A stretch of 64,000 nucleotides of DNA from Paragordius varius (lineage: Eukaryota; Animalia; Nematomorpha): assembly GCA_964247055.1 (NCBI GenBank), contig OZ176051.1:13454001-13518000 (forward strand). The letters run 5' to 3'. Positions 49,088 through 63,874 of the stretch are shown piece by piece. Under the pieces are notes generated by a model. That model saw only the letters and a list, made by a program, of their open reading frames with translations. It was not told where the DNA came from and made no database searches. How positions within the stretch are numbered: the first letter of the stretch is position 1; every line of letters begins with the position of its first letter. Made by a program: the position numbers and the translations under genes.

Positions 49088-49587
49088 TTTGTTTGTTCTT
49101 TTTTGTAAATTAAAAATAACTTATTTTTAGAAAATTTTTTAACGGCTATATACTATCAGAAATTATATAATTATGGTGTTATATATTTTAATAATAAATA
49201 ACAACTATTAGCTAAATTTGTTCTTAAAAGCATAGCATCTCAGATATCCTATCTCTAAACCTGTATACAATCAAATAGGGCTATTTTTATTTTATGGTTA
49301 TAAAAATGTAAAATAGATAATGGATTGAACTAAATTAACAAAGAGTTTTACTTAAAAAGAATTTAACTACCGTATTATTTTAGGATTATATTAACATTGG
49401 TGTAAATATGTTGATTTAAATATGCAAAACCTTTTTACAGAATAAAATTTGTCAATATTTTAGCTTATTCATATTTTTATCAAAAATAAAAAAATATACA
49501 TTTAAGGCTTTCCCTAATACCTATATTTAAATTTAGCCTAAAACAATCAGTTACAAAAACAAAGTTTTAACAGCACTATTATCAATT

Positions 49588-50504
49588 TATCATTTTTTTG
49601 TCTTTGCAATTCCTATTCTTCTTTTAATGTCTGGGGTGCTGTTGTTCGTTGTATTTATAAGACTGCCTAGGTAAGTGTATTGGGACACTACTTCTATTTG
49701 TTGGTTGTGAAAAGATAGGTTGTTATAATGGTTATGAGCGTTTATAGTCATGGTTTTAGTTTTTTTGAAATTGATCGTCAGTAATTTTTGACATTCGTTT
49801 GAGAATTCAGTTAAAAGTTTTTTCAGGTTGTCCACTGAGTTTGACAGCAGGTGTCATCAGCATAATGGAGTGATGATATAATATTGCCGGCAATGCTTAT
49901 ACCATTAGTTTTATCTATGTTCCGTAATACACTTTCTATGCAGACGTTAAAGAGAGTGGGTGAGAGGACACAACCTTGTCTTAGACCGTTGTTCATTTGT
50001 GATAAAATATAATAAAGTATGGACATCACACGACATCAAACTAAAAACAAAAATCTGTTTAGTTAAAGCCCTAATATTTCCTAGCATGCTATATGCATCA
50101 GAAAGCTGGACAATAAAAAAGGCAGACGAAAAATACATTAACGCCTTCGAAATCTGGTGCTGGCGGAAGGCACTTCAAATCACTTGGAAAGATAAAGTAA
50201 AAAACACTGTAATCCTTGAAAAAATAAACCCCGAGATACACTTGATTGGCATGTGCCTCAAAATGAAATTATCTTACTTTGGTCACATTACCAGAGCTAA
50301 TGACTTGGAATTCCAACTAATGACAGGCAAGGTTGGAGGATCCAGGAAACGTGGACGCTGCAAGATGCGCTGGATTGAAAACCTAACCAAAGAAACCAAT
50401 CTCTCTTTACAACAGTTAACATCACTCACTCACAATCGAATAAACTGGAGAAAATACACCTTCGAAAAAGCAATAAATCGACAACGATCTTTGCTACAAT
50501 AATA
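49588..50504 (+). mobile_element. Duplicate of the 5'-inverted RTE insertion
   Basis: Same structure and ATTATCAATT TSD as 28727-29643. Confidence 0.9.
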
Positions 50505-50765
50505 ATTATCAATTATATAGTTTTATAATTTGTTTTATCTATAGAAGTCCCCGATTTTCTTTAATGTTTTGTGGACCCGCCTTTGATCAGCCTCATAAAT
50601 TAAGCGCTTAAACTAAATATCTTAGGCTGATAATCAAGTTTTTTGCGATTAGATTAAGAGTGTTCAAAACGGGCTTTCAGCGACATTATGTGATGCCCGA
50701 GATTCGCAATAATATCATCTCAATCACAATAAAATTGATTTTTCTTTAACAAATTTTCTTTGGAA

Positions 50766-52190
50766 CTCAATTTGTCTTAACGGATATGAAGGCTTGTGAA
50801 TTTTAGGATTAGCGTAGAATTTAGGACATTTTGAATGGGGGAATATTTTTTATGTATTATCGGTGTTTAGTCATCATGTTTTTAATAACTTCGTTATTTG
50901 GTCCACAGTTTGAGTAGGGTTTTGATTTAATCGAGTATTGAGTCTAAGCATTTCTTATACGATTTTTCGAAATCAGTTGTATTCAAAGCTACTAGGGAGT
51001 TGCCTTTGTCCGCTTTGGCAAGCATGAGGTCTTAGTATGTTAGCGTTTTATAACTTTAATGTCTTCTTTGTTATTGTTGGGTTTAACATGTGTGCGTTTT
51101 AACGTTTTGTATAAATCGTTTCTAGTTTGGTCATCATTCTGGTCCAAAACGTCTTCAAATAGTTACGAATTGTTTGGTATTGACTATTACTGGTGAATGT
51201 TTCGGTCCCTTGTTAAGCAAATCCATCTCGTACAGAGAAAAAGATGTTGAGGATAGGTTAACGAAATTTTGTAGGTGTTTTCCGGTATGATGTGTTTAGG
51301 GTTGTGCATTTGACTGCTTTTTCAAAAAAGTCCGTTCAGACCTGGTCAGACCATGGTCTAAATACCATGCGATATTGGATTGTGAAAATAATGTTCGAAC
51401 GACACTTGCGTTCCACAATAATGTCATGTTTTTTCTTAAAAGTTTATATTTATACATTTTTTTATATTTACAATATTTTCAATCAAATTTAATCAAGAAT
51501 TTTGTTTTGAAATAAATTTTGCCACATTCTTGTGGCCTGAATCTTCAATTTCGTAACTTTTATTGGATATTTCAAATTTAATTTTACCTAGTTTGTTTTA
51601 CACTTTCTTTCATCATTGAAGTATCCAATTATAAAATGTTTTTACATTTTACTGGTTCATATATATAAAATAATCCATATTTTGCAAAATGCTTGATTGT
51701 TTTTCCAAATAACTGGATATGCTAAATGCTAATGTTATAAGGATGCATGTTTAACAATTTTATATTGTTAAATAAGCATATTTAAATATTTAATTTATAT
51801 TTTTTAAAAAGTATATTAAAAAGCAATAAAATCTTACTATCTCTCTTCCAAAAAAAATTTACCAGCAATTTTTTAAAAAACAGCTGTTATTTTAAATGAC
51901 CATGGTCAAAAAATAAATAGTCACTGACCGGGTCATGACTTGGTCAGCACAACTCTAGATGTGTTTTTATTATTATTTCTAAATAGTTCTTTTAGCTTCT
52001 CGTGTCTTTTTTCTGTTTCACTTAATTTTATGATATCTTTATGTTTACGTTTTATTTCTATAGGGCTCAAATTTTCTAAGCATACTTTAAGTTTTGATAG
52101 CAAATTTTTCTCCTGTATGCTTTTAGTTTTATTGGTTAATGTTTTTAACAAGTCGCCCACGCATCCATTATAGCATAAGCCAAAAAATTA
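50766..52190 (-). mobile_element. Duplicate of the Penelope-like fragment
   Basis: Copy of 29905-31330. Confidence 0.7.
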
Positions 52191-52981
52191 TCCAACAGGT
52201 TTATTTTGAAAGCTTGTTTCATCCATTCAAATAGTATCCACCTTATCAACATAATAGAGGAGAGAAAAGAACAATATCACCAAAGACTACTTAAAAGGAA
52301 CATATTTTAATTTATTTACCACTCCAAAAAAACAATAAAGAGAACCATATGGACATCACACTTTACATTTTTTGTTTTTATCATAATTTATAAATATTTT
52401 TTTCAAATTTTGTTTTAATTATATTTTATCATTAATATTTTCTTTTGTTTTTAATTATTCCATTGAAAAAAATACCACCATATATCGAAAATTGGATATA
52501 ATCCCTTTAACAAATAAATTTTACGAGAATTCAAATCATTATTTTAACATAAAATATTCGTTCTCATTGACAGTATGAAATTGATTTTTGCGTTAGGAAT
52601 ATGTTTAGGAGAGATGAATAACTTTGGAATCACTTTGTATGTTAAACATTTTCGGAGAAACCGCAAATCTTCAAACTTTACGAGCTTTTTATCATAAAAA
52701 ATGTAATTTTGACTCATAATTCACATTTAAAATGCTCTTCAAAACTAACCGAGGATAAAACAGAAAGTAAAGATGTCGATATAAAAATATATTTAGTAAA
52801 TTACTGGTATAAATTGTGTGGGTGACGACAAAGGGTTTCAAATAAGATTTGTATTAACATTTTGTAAATGATTGTGATCTGGAATAAAATTTAACCTAAT
52901 TATAGTATGTGTGAAAATACGGATGCGATGACATAAATCACAGCAAATTTTTTTTAATATGACACAGATAAAGGAGAGTTT

Positions 52982-53388
52982 TCACAACTGACCTAATACC
53001 GTTTTGTATTTACCGTCGTTTGATGAGGTAGCTTAAATACTCAAAGATAAACCAATAAAGGATTTTAACAGCGCATCATTGTTTGAAATGTACGCCCTTT
53101 TTTAAGAAGATAAGAAGTGTCCGGACACCAAAGATACTAAACTATTTTTCGGTTAATTTAATCGTATTAAAGTTAACATAATCGAAACTTACTATTGCAT
53201 ATCTGCAAACGCTAATGGTTGGAACATCAGTCAAATCTTGGAGAAAATCATCGTGTGTAGCTGTATTACTTGCTTTTTTTCATCACAAAAATCCTGTTTT
53301 GTGTTAGGCCAAAAAGAACATATTTATAGAGGTGGCTTACGAAAAATTCTCAATACACTGATTTACACTTTGAATCAATTGTGGTCAT
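52982..53388 (-). pseudogene. ADF/cofilin pseudogene, type C copy 2
   Basis: Same disabling lesions as 32123-32529. Confidence 0.9.
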
Positions 53389-54233
53389 GTCAAATAATAT
53401 AGGCTGAAGCGAATAATAAATAATGGACCAGTGTGACGCCACCCCTATTTATTCTAATAAAACTGAAACTATAATGGTCCATTAGTTTATTTTATAACAA
53501 TTGTGTCCTTGCCGTAAAATTAATGTACTTTGAAAGTCTATATTTATTTATTTAAGAATTATAATTTTTTCCTCATAAATCAAAATTTACTCTGCTAAGA
53601 ATTTCCATTTCTATAATCAATATATGAATTTAATGGTTTTATATTATTATATAAAATAAAATCACTATGCAAATGTGAGTCTTTTATAGTTGATTACATT
53701 TTTAGCCTAATATGTTTATGTCATTGTTAATCTATACGTAAAACGCAGTTAATTTTTTGAGTTAGTTTCACTACCACTCGCTTGATAAAACAAAATAACT
53801 ATACTAAATTATCTAATTATTTATTTTTAATAAGAAACAGTTTTTGGATAAAATTATAATTTGGAACAATACTATTACTATCGGTTTAATGCATGATAAA
53901 AATTTAATATTTTCAGCATTTCATGACCTTTTGAGGTAGTTTTATTGCCCTGCCATTTAAAATTTTTTAATTTTAAAAAAATTGTATACATGGGGCCTTT
54001 AGAATTATGCTTTTCTAAGCCCTCTAGACGTGATAATATTTTATCCTAAGTTGTGATCACCTTGAATGTTAACCATCGTACGACTACATTAATATATCAT
54101 ATATCTGTCCAATAACAAGAACCCTACACCACGAGAATCAATCATGTTAGAATTATCGATAGAAATTCTTATACAGGGTTTGTAAATTGTCATATTTGGT
54201 TAAATAGGATTTTTCATTTTATATTAGGACCGT

Positions 54234-57200
54234 TTTTATATATATAATTTCCCATTCTAACCTTTTCTTAGTCAATCGAAACATTTTTTCAGTCAATCGA
54301 AACGTTTTCCCAATCAATAGAAACTATTTTCAATCGAAACATTTTCCCAGTCCATTCGCTTTTGTTTTTGATGATAAATATCAAAACAAGATATAAAAAT
54401 AACTTTTAATCATTAAGAGCACGTGGTAGAAGGAAAGACCCGGTATGTATATCTCCTTAAAGTGTACCACATTCGTTTGTACATATTACGCCTTATAATC
54501 AGAAGATTCTATGTTATATTTTAACTCCCAAAGTTGTTATCACAACACTTTTTTATCTCGAATCCCTTGTCAATCCCTAAGGCCATAACATTTATGATAC
54601 ATATCTCACCAATAACAGGAATTATATCTAACCTCGAAAATCCTGTAAGTAATTACCAAACTTATTGACCTTTTCCTATTACGCTGCACAATGTCTGCTG
54701 CAAACTAACTGCAAATTCGCATAGGAAATGGAATACACGCGAAACTACTCACAAAATTGATCTTTTGATTAAAAAAAATGGAGAAACTCGACATCAAAAT
54801 TATGGGGATCTCTGAATCCCATATCCCCTCAATCGGCCATCTCTAGTATAATAATCACATCCTATTCTTCTCAGGTCCGAAACTCTAAACGTAACGGTGT
54901 GGCCCTAATACTAACGAATCACTAATTCGTCCCAGCCCATCATATCATAACAATACGACTGAATACGATCTCCCAACCAATTATTATATTCATACGGCTC
55001 AAACTTAAACTAGATTATTCTTCAATAACTAACGACTTCCCTGTGATCATCAAAAACAGATTTGATACGCTGAACCTTGATGATAATGCTGAAAGTCTAT
55101 GGACAGTGATGCAAAAAGCAACCACTAATACAGCCAAAGAATCCATTCCCACGAAAACCATACCTGATAAAATTAAATTATCGCAAAAATGCTAGATCTA
55201 GCTGCCAAACGTCGTCAAGCAAAGTTATCTATCAATCTCCTAGAATACAAATCACTTAACTGGGAGTATCAGAAAAGCGCCCCTGATGACAACGATAGCC
55301 ATTAAAACAATCTATGTCTTACGCTCGAGAATGCTGCCAAAAATAACGACAATTTTATAAAATCGTGCACTTAATACCTATCAAGTCGAAATTTTACAAA
55401 GGCCCAATGAAATCAAGTTGTAGATTTTATCATAGACAAGAACTGACTGGTTCAACACTGGAAGAAATATGTAGTCAAACTCTACGGATACAGCTCAGCA
55501 GAACCCGTTAACAATAATGACTAATACCAACGGCACAAATTTTGCAGGATGAAGTTTGAATGGGCTCTTGATCATTCCTCAAATACCAAAGTGGAAGATT
55601 ACGACGACATCCCAACTGAGCTGTCCCGTCTTCTACCAATTGATATCCTCACAAAACAATTCCGAAAAATATTTGCGGACGCTTCTTTCTCAAAGGACTT
55701 GATTCATTCCAATTTTTAAAAAGGGTGATCCGAAATCCTTTAAAAGCTACAGAATCATATCATAAATCAAACTTCCAAGATATTCCTAATGATCAACCAC
55801 AATCGCATTCAAGGTACAATAGAATCGGAACTGTCCATCAAGAGGTTTCAGAGCAAACAGCGGGTGTAGAGACATGATTTACAAGCACGGTATTCTCTGG
55901 GGCATACTATCCCAAATCGGAATATCCGAGCATTTATTAAAATAATTAAATCCTTATATTCAACTTTGATAACCCCTCACGGCACAAGCAAGTGGGTACC
56001 AATGAACAATGGATTAAGCCAAGGTTGCGTCTTTTCATTCATTCTCTTCAACACCTGCATCGAATGCATTACACGCATAGACAAATCGTTTGGAATAAAA
56101 GTTACCAGCAACACAATATCCTCGTTTCATTACGCTGACGACACGATTCTTAGTGTCCAACTCCCTAGACAACCTCTTCTCCTAACACAATTTACCACCG
56201 AATGTCAAAACTTTGGCTAAACATTTATAATGATACAAAAAATCATGCACATAAACTCACAAATTCAATACAATAACCAAACTCACTGTAGTACCAAAAT
56301 TCATTTATCTTAGTAGTCTAACCAACATGACTAACAACAGCACACCAGACATTAAAAGAACGAATAGTAATCGGCAAAGCAAATATGATAAAACACAATA
56401 AAATACCCACAATCCAAGATCAAACTAGACAAATTTCTCATCTTCCCAAGCATGCTGTCGCCACAGAGTTGAACAATAAAGAAAGGGTATGTAATAAATA
56501 CCAATGCCTTCGAAATGTGCTGCTGGAGAAGGCCACAGATAAATTGGAAAGAAAAATTTAAAACACTGACATCCTTGATAAAATTAAACCTGAAATATCA
56601 TTATACTTATGCGTTAAAATGAAACTATCTTTCGCCACATCACTAGAGCCAAAAACTTGGAATATCAGTCTATGTCGTACAAAGTTGAAGGCTCAAGAAA
56701 ACGTGGCAGATGTAATGCGTTGGATCAATAATTTAACTAAAGAAACCAAACTATCAATGCAAAAGTTGATAACCTAACCGTACAATCCGGCGTAATTACA
56801 CTTAAATAGCTACAAATCGACCCCAATCTTAGCTACCACAACAACAATGAGATTATTATTTTTTAAATAATACATTTCTAATGACATGTATTATGCTAAT
56901 ACACAATTATTAATGACTTATTAGAAATTATATTTTATTGATTGTATGATTATTTTTAAAATTTGAGATATTTTTTAAAAAATAATAATTTTTTATTTTG
57001 TCGATGGTTCTCATTAATCATCGCGGCTAACCTATAAAATCTAGAGTTAAATATATACCATTTTTATTCAAATTGGATTTTAAACTTGTCAAAAAATACT
57101 GTCAGAAAAAATTTAACAAAAATATTTTTTAGATGAAAAGCCTTTTTGATTGTATTTGATAAAAAAGATATTTGAATAAAAGATAACACTAAACAACAAA

Positions 57201-58594
57201 ATTTTCTACCACACTGGTTTTTTGCATTTTCTGATAAATACTATCATTTTAAAAGTTTATCTGATATACAAATGAACATGCCACTTAAGATTATTGTATA
57301 ATATGATTTTTTGATTATGCGCCTTTTTTATTAAAATTTTACTAAAAAATGCTTTTCTTTGAAAATATACAACAAATGCCCTTTTGTAATATATCATTCG
57401 AAAGAGTAATAAAAACTCTACAAAATGCATACTAATTTGTTTTACATCGATAGTCAATATTGGACAAAGGAGGGGAAAACGCGCAATGAGAGCGTTATTA
57501 ATTAATATTTTTCAAGAAATAATGGATACAAATAACTTAAACTTTGTCTAGATGGCAAGATATGTTTAAAGGACACAAGAAAGTTTTATTGATTAAAACA
57601 CTTATTTATTGCTTTTATGTCATTCCAAGCAGCTATTTTTAAGTTTTATATTTCTAAAATTACCATCTCATCCTCATCAATATTAATTTATTTTCTTTAG
57701 GTAGCTTATAATTTCAAAATTTTAAAGACTAGAAATATATTTTAAGGCATTCTTAATCTTTTCTAGCGATTATGTAATATATATATATATATATATAACT
57801 ATGCATTTTAGTATCCAATATAATTGTGATAATAATATTTTTTAAAAAAGCAAACCAAATTTTTCAAATATTTATTTAATTTTATGCTAATGTAACCCAA
57901 ATAATTACATTATAATTAATTTTATGATTTTTAAATTAGTTTGTCTATGTCAAACTACGATTCGAAAGATACTGTTTTTCGCGCTCAATTGAATGATATA
58001 AATACATGGCTCTATATCTAAGACTTTTAATTTTAAAATTTCTTTATTGTTCGCAGCCAAAAATATCGATAAGCTCTAATAATAAAAATATGTGTTAGAC
58101 CTTTTACAGATATAATATTTATATACTTTATTGAAATAAATTTTAAATTTACAAGAATGGCACTTGAAAAAGTTAAAATTCGTCTAATATAATGAATTAC
58201 ATTATATAAATTAGGGTAAAATCTGTTTAAAATCGAATTTGATATGAAAATGGTAAAAAATTTTAAATTTTATTATTTCTTCCAAAACTATAGATTATAG
58301 GTTAGCTCAGAAATGTGATAAAAAAAATTATTTATATTTTCTTAATCTCAAAAATCTATTCATCCAGTTCATAAAATATAACTTTTAAAGTCATTCAATA
58401 ATTGTATTTAAAAAATATCCTTATTAGTGTGCTCTGAATGAGTAAAAGTAATTTTATTTGTTTTGATATTTATTATCTAAAATAAAACCGTTTTTGACTG
58501 GGAAAACGTTTGATTGACTGGAAAAATGTTGCGATTTACTGGGAAAACTTCTAGATTCACTGGGGAAAAGTTTTTTGACTGGGAAATATACGTT
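54234..58594. mobile_element. Duplicate foldback element with nested insertions
   Basis: Copy of 33375-37735. Confidence 0.7.
54423..56847 (+). mobile_element. Duplicate decayed RTE LINE
   Basis: Copy of 33564-35988. Confidence 0.85.
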
Positions 58595-61354
58595 TTTTCT
58601 GTTTTAGCATTACATGCATAAGTAATGAATTTATTGAACATTAAATAATCAGTTTATATTTTATTATATAACGATTTTTCTGGTCGATTGATAGACATAG
58701 AGGCGTTTAAAAAGACAACCAAATATATCACTGAAATTAAGTTAGCGGTTGTATGAAATAAACCCATTTTCAGACGCTAATAATTTATGAGGTTGTGTGT
58801 ATTGCCCGCCAAATTACGATAAAAATTATAAATATGAAAATACTGTTTCTTAATTGTTTGTGTATATTTTATTGTTTTTTGGAATGAAGAAGTTATTATT
58901 ATTAAAAAAGATATATTTAACATATGTGAGTAGATGGAATTAACACAAGATAATCTTCCGGCAAACTAAAGCACTATGAGAATATAAAAGCACTTTTTAT
59001 CAGAAAATATATATTTCAAGATATATTTTGTGTCACTCTCTAATGTACATTAGCTAAAAAAATACATATAACTATATATATAAAAAATAGGTTGTATGAG
59101 TTAATGTATCAGGAATATCTGGTATTTTGGTTTTTTACGAGGGATTTGGGGTAAGTGCTTCATATGAGAAAATGGCAAAATTTGCCAATTTTTTTATGAT
59201 AATTTTTTTGGTGAAAAAATGCTTCATTCAAAAAATATCACTAAAATTTATACTACCTATAAAAAGCAATATATTTAAAATAAAAATTTTAGATATGGGC
59301 TCTAAAAATCCCAAATTTTTCGTTCTTTTAAAATGGGATATTCTCTTCAAAAAACGCAAAAATACCAGGATTGGGCGATAAAATTTTTAATATATACAAA
59401 ATTTTGACATAAAAAAAATATTTTTCGATAATTTAATTTTTAGCAAATTCTTGAAGCGTACTTCATACTATTTGGAAGCGTGATCGAAAAATATAAAAAT
59501 TATAAGATATTATAAAGAAACTGTTTCAACATAATTCGACGCTGATATTAAAATGTTCATCTTCAAATGTTTGTTAAAAAAATGTATATTTTACAAAAAA
59601 TCACCAAAATTTTAAAGCAACCCTTAAATTAAAATTGGGAAGCTAATAACCAGCATTTTGCAATTGAAAAATGTCCTTAAAAGTTATTAACTGTTTCCAC
59701 GATGCCTCCGTATAAAGTCTTCAAACATATTTTAAAAAATAAATTGAAAAAAATATTTTTTAAAAAATATTTTTAGCTGATACCAAAATTTAGCTTATAT
59801 TAAATTTTTTTATCCCGCAAGGCATTTTTGCTTTTATTTAAAGAAAACTAACCCATTTTAGAAGAACGAAAAAGATTGCGACTTTTCAAGCCCATATTCA
59901 AAAATTAAATTTTTTGAAAATAATTCCTTTTTATATGTAGTTTATGATGTGTTGTGATAATTTTTGGATTAACCATTTAGCTTTCACCCGTATGCTAAAT
60001 TTAAAATGGATATTGATAAATAATTATTGGAATCCAAAATTCTTTTTTTTACAAATACAATCAATTTATTTAATCAAAGTGATATACAGTTAAAATTGAA
60101 ATTATACGGACAAAACGTAAAATATAAAGACTAATATTTTTTTCAAAAAGACAACCATACGTTTTTAATCCTGATATTTTTTAAATATAACTCATTGTTT
60201 TAAACTACAAAGTATAATATAAAAATGTAAATTGCTAACACAATCAATTTTATATTACGATTGTAAATGTTTATTATAAGATAAATTAAGGTTTTAAAAA
60301 GTATGGTATTCTTTTGGAAAAAAATTTGTCTCTTATTTACTTCTAATTTTAATTTTTACTGTATTTCGTTGTTTCTTTAAACGCCGGATTTATAATCAAT
60401 CGAGAGAAAAGTTTGTTATATTTTAAAATATTCTAGTTGCTTTTTGAGTGCACACAAACAATTTTTTATGTCATTTTAAAACATGTTTTATTATATTTAT
60501 ACGCTAAAATCTATAAGTACAATTATAAAATAGTTTTTGAATCACCAGAAATAGTAAAACCCTGTATGTATGGAAATATAATCCGTAAGTATATTTTTTT
60601 TACTTTACGAATCAATATTAATAGTATTGGTTGAAATGTAGATAATATTAACAATCAATATGAAATTTAATATATTTGAATTGTTGCGACCCGAACGAAG
60701 GAAAGCAGTTGGTTACTATTTTTGTGTTACAGTAGCTTAATCGTGCATTGTGAGTTCTTTATATATTACCATAGCACATAAAGCTAAGAGTAATATTATT
60801 GGAATATAGATTTTTTTGCTTTTTACACCCTTTTAGCCAATTATAATGCTCTTTGTGCTTCTAGCAAAGATTAATTAAAACTAGCAATATATATTTAATC
60901 ACACTGTATTTTTATTTTTTGTGCTTGAAATTGATTTACAATATAGTAAGTATACATTGCTAAAAAGTTATTAATTATTGCCAAATAGCTTATGCAGCAA
61001 AGCGAATTATTATTGGCTAATAATAATAAAAAGTGAAAAAATAACTATAAGCCAATAATACTACCCTTTGTTGTTGCTATTTGGCAATTAATAACTTTCT
61101 AGCAATGTATACTTACTCATACTGTATATACAGTGTAGGTGTCTTTAACCTCCGTAAAATAACAATCAGAAGGAAACGCAATTAATTGAATTAATTATAT
61201 TTTTAACGCGAAAAATTATATATATTTAACAGTTGACTTACATTGGGAGAGTAAAGTTATAGTATTAACAAAAGAGCACCATGTCATTGTAAATTTTATT
61301 TATAAGTGAATTATTTTTCTTAAATGCGTTTTCAAGGCTTTTCAAATTTACGGC

Positions 61355-61421
61355 ATTAATTGAGGCCAACGATATAATACATTAATAAGCCATTAAAGCT
61401 TCCGTTATTTTCATATAAATA
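61355..61421 (+). promoter_or_regulatory. Putative cofilin B2 core promoter
   Basis: Same motif string as B1, ending in TATAAATAG. Confidence 0.55.
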
Positions 61422-61480
61422 GAGGGACTGTAAAAGACCTTTATTTCAAAATTTTATTCTTATTCTATATAATATTAAAT

Positions 61481-61888
61481 ATGACGACGATTGATCCAAA
61501 CTGTAAAATTGTGTTTCAAGAATTTTCAACGAGCATCCTCTATAAATATGTCCTTTTTGGAATAACACAGAATAAGATTGTTGTCATGAAGAAAGCATCT
61601 GCCACAGCTACATACGATGATTTTTTACGAGATTTGACTGATGTTCAAAACAATAGAGATTGTAGATATGCTGTAATGAATTTTGAGTATGTTGACGCTG
61701 TTACAAAACAGGCACGTCGGAAAATAGTTTACTATCTTTGGTGTCCGGACACTTCTGATATTCTTAAAAAAATGGTGTATACTTCTTCTAATAACGGACT
61801 CAAACAATCCTTTGTTGGAATATCTTTGAGTATTCAAGCTACCGCATTAAGCGACGTTCAATATAATACGGTATTGAATCAACTATAA
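61481..61888 (+). CDS. ADF/cofilin family protein, type B copy 2 (135 aa)
   Basis: Differs from B1 at three nucleotides seen by eye (one gives L19I, two are synonymous). Confidence 0.95.
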   Translation: MTTIDPNCKIVFQEFSTSILYKYVLFGITQNKIVVMKKASATATYDDFLRDLTDVQNNRDCRYAVMNFEYVDAVTKQARRKIVYYLWCPDTSDILKKMVYTSSNNGLKQSFVGISLSIQATALSDVQYNTVLNQL

Positions 61889-63551
61889 AACAAATGAAAA
61901 CGTAATGCATCTAAAGTTTATTTAAATATAACTTTTTTTTGCTAAATTAAATTTTAATCCTTATTATATGCACCTAAAAGTTTTGAATCAATAAATTATT
62001 TGTTAATTTATACCGAACAAAAGATAATATTTTAGCTCTTAAACTATCATTTTCGCATGGCGTCTCTATCAATCGTTGTGAATAAATTAAATAATTTTTT
62101 AAAATATCAATTATTATCTTATCCCTTTTAGAAACTATGAGACTTATGGATCGATATTCTTATTAAATAAGATATAAATGAAAGGTTAACAATCGTTAGT
62201 ATGTGGCCCATTCTGAAATTACAAAATATATAAATACATTCATGGATTATATAAAATATTTATATGATTTTAACAATTTACTTACGATTTCATTAATATT
62301 TTTTATAAAAAAGTAACTAGTAAAGCTACGATGCCAAAATTTCGATTGTCTGGACTACATTAATAGGTTATTTCAAATAAGAAGCTCTAGTAAAAAAATA
62401 TATTTAAAATTTTAAATAATTATATTGCACCCTTGCGTTACGTGCTTAAATTTTAATTCTGAATGAAATCAATTAGTGTTTTTCAACTTTTTTTGTATAC
62501 GCGCCAGCAAATAAAAAATAGTTTGCTCTATCCTCTAAATATAAACAAAAATATTATTATTATTATAAAATTATTTATTATCATTATTTGGGATCTGTAT
62601 TTGTTAAAATATTTATAATTGGAACGAATCTTGATAATTTACACCTAAAACATTTACCCTTTTTAATAGCCTATAGCTACAAACAGTTCAAATAATTTAT
62701 TGCCGAAGATTTGTTTAAATGTGAATTAATTTATATTTATCATTATATTTATAATATTTTTAGCGAAAAAAGTATTCAGTAGAAATTATAGCATCCGTCA
62801 ACCGCCCTAAAAGGCTGGTCCTAAAATATTTATTAATTCGTTGTTTTCTCTATATTTATATTTATAACAACATAAACATCAAATAGCTTTAATATTTTCT
62901 TGATATTATTTGTTACATGACCCTTTGTTTTGATCATAACTGGTCTCTTTATTAATAAATTTGGTTGGGATTTTGAAGCTTTGAGATTCATTATCAGAAT
63001 AATCGGTAAAAAGAAGCGGGTTCGGGGTTTTTAAAACCGCACGACACAGCGTAAGTATTGGGCGCCTCACCTAATATACTATCAAAAACAGTAAATGGTG
63101 AAAAATGATTGAGTTCATTATTTTATATAAACAGAATTATAACAATTTACAATTTTTATATATATCTAAAAATATTAGATCAGGATTGTTCAACACTAAC
63201 TGCTTTACGAGCCGCATCCGAATAGAAACGGGCATAAATAAATATTTTTTTGAAATTAAAACATAAGGTAAGAAAAATTGCGAAAACAATATAATTTTCC
63301 ACGGTTTCCGCAAACAAAGTACTTACAGAAATTTGAGCAATACCAATTATACTAAAGATTATATTTGCACCCAAATTTTTTGTGGGCCGCACATATGAAA
63401 TTGCAGGGCCGCATGGTGGTACCCCCTGAATATATGTTTTTTTAAAATTTGTTTTCTATTAGAGAATCCTAAAAGGTAAAGTGCTATGCAACTTATATTT
63501 TCATATGGTAAACAAATTAATTAATCAATAAATGGAGAGATCGCCTTTTTA

Positions 63552-63645
63552 AATAGTAATATTGTTTATAAAGTTACGTTCTCATGTGATGGTACTTATG
63601 TCGGAGAAACAGGTTGCATCATATTGTAAAGGTTAAAATAGCATA
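63552..63645 (+). pseudogene. Duplicate GIY-YIG fragment
   Basis: Copy of 42708-42800. Confidence 0.6.
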
Positions 63646-63874
63646 TATAATTCATGTGTAATAAATTAAAATCCGATTTTGCCTAAAAATTATTTTATAA
63701 CTTTTGATATAGAAAGTTTTTTGGAGCAAGGGCAGACAGTAAAAAAACACATTAGGATATTGAAAACGCTTTTCCTATATAATTCGATGATACTGGACAA
63801 TACTATCTAGGATTTTCGATAAGGTTTTTAATTTCAAACTCCTAATCATTTTTTGTAAAAACACCTATGATTGA

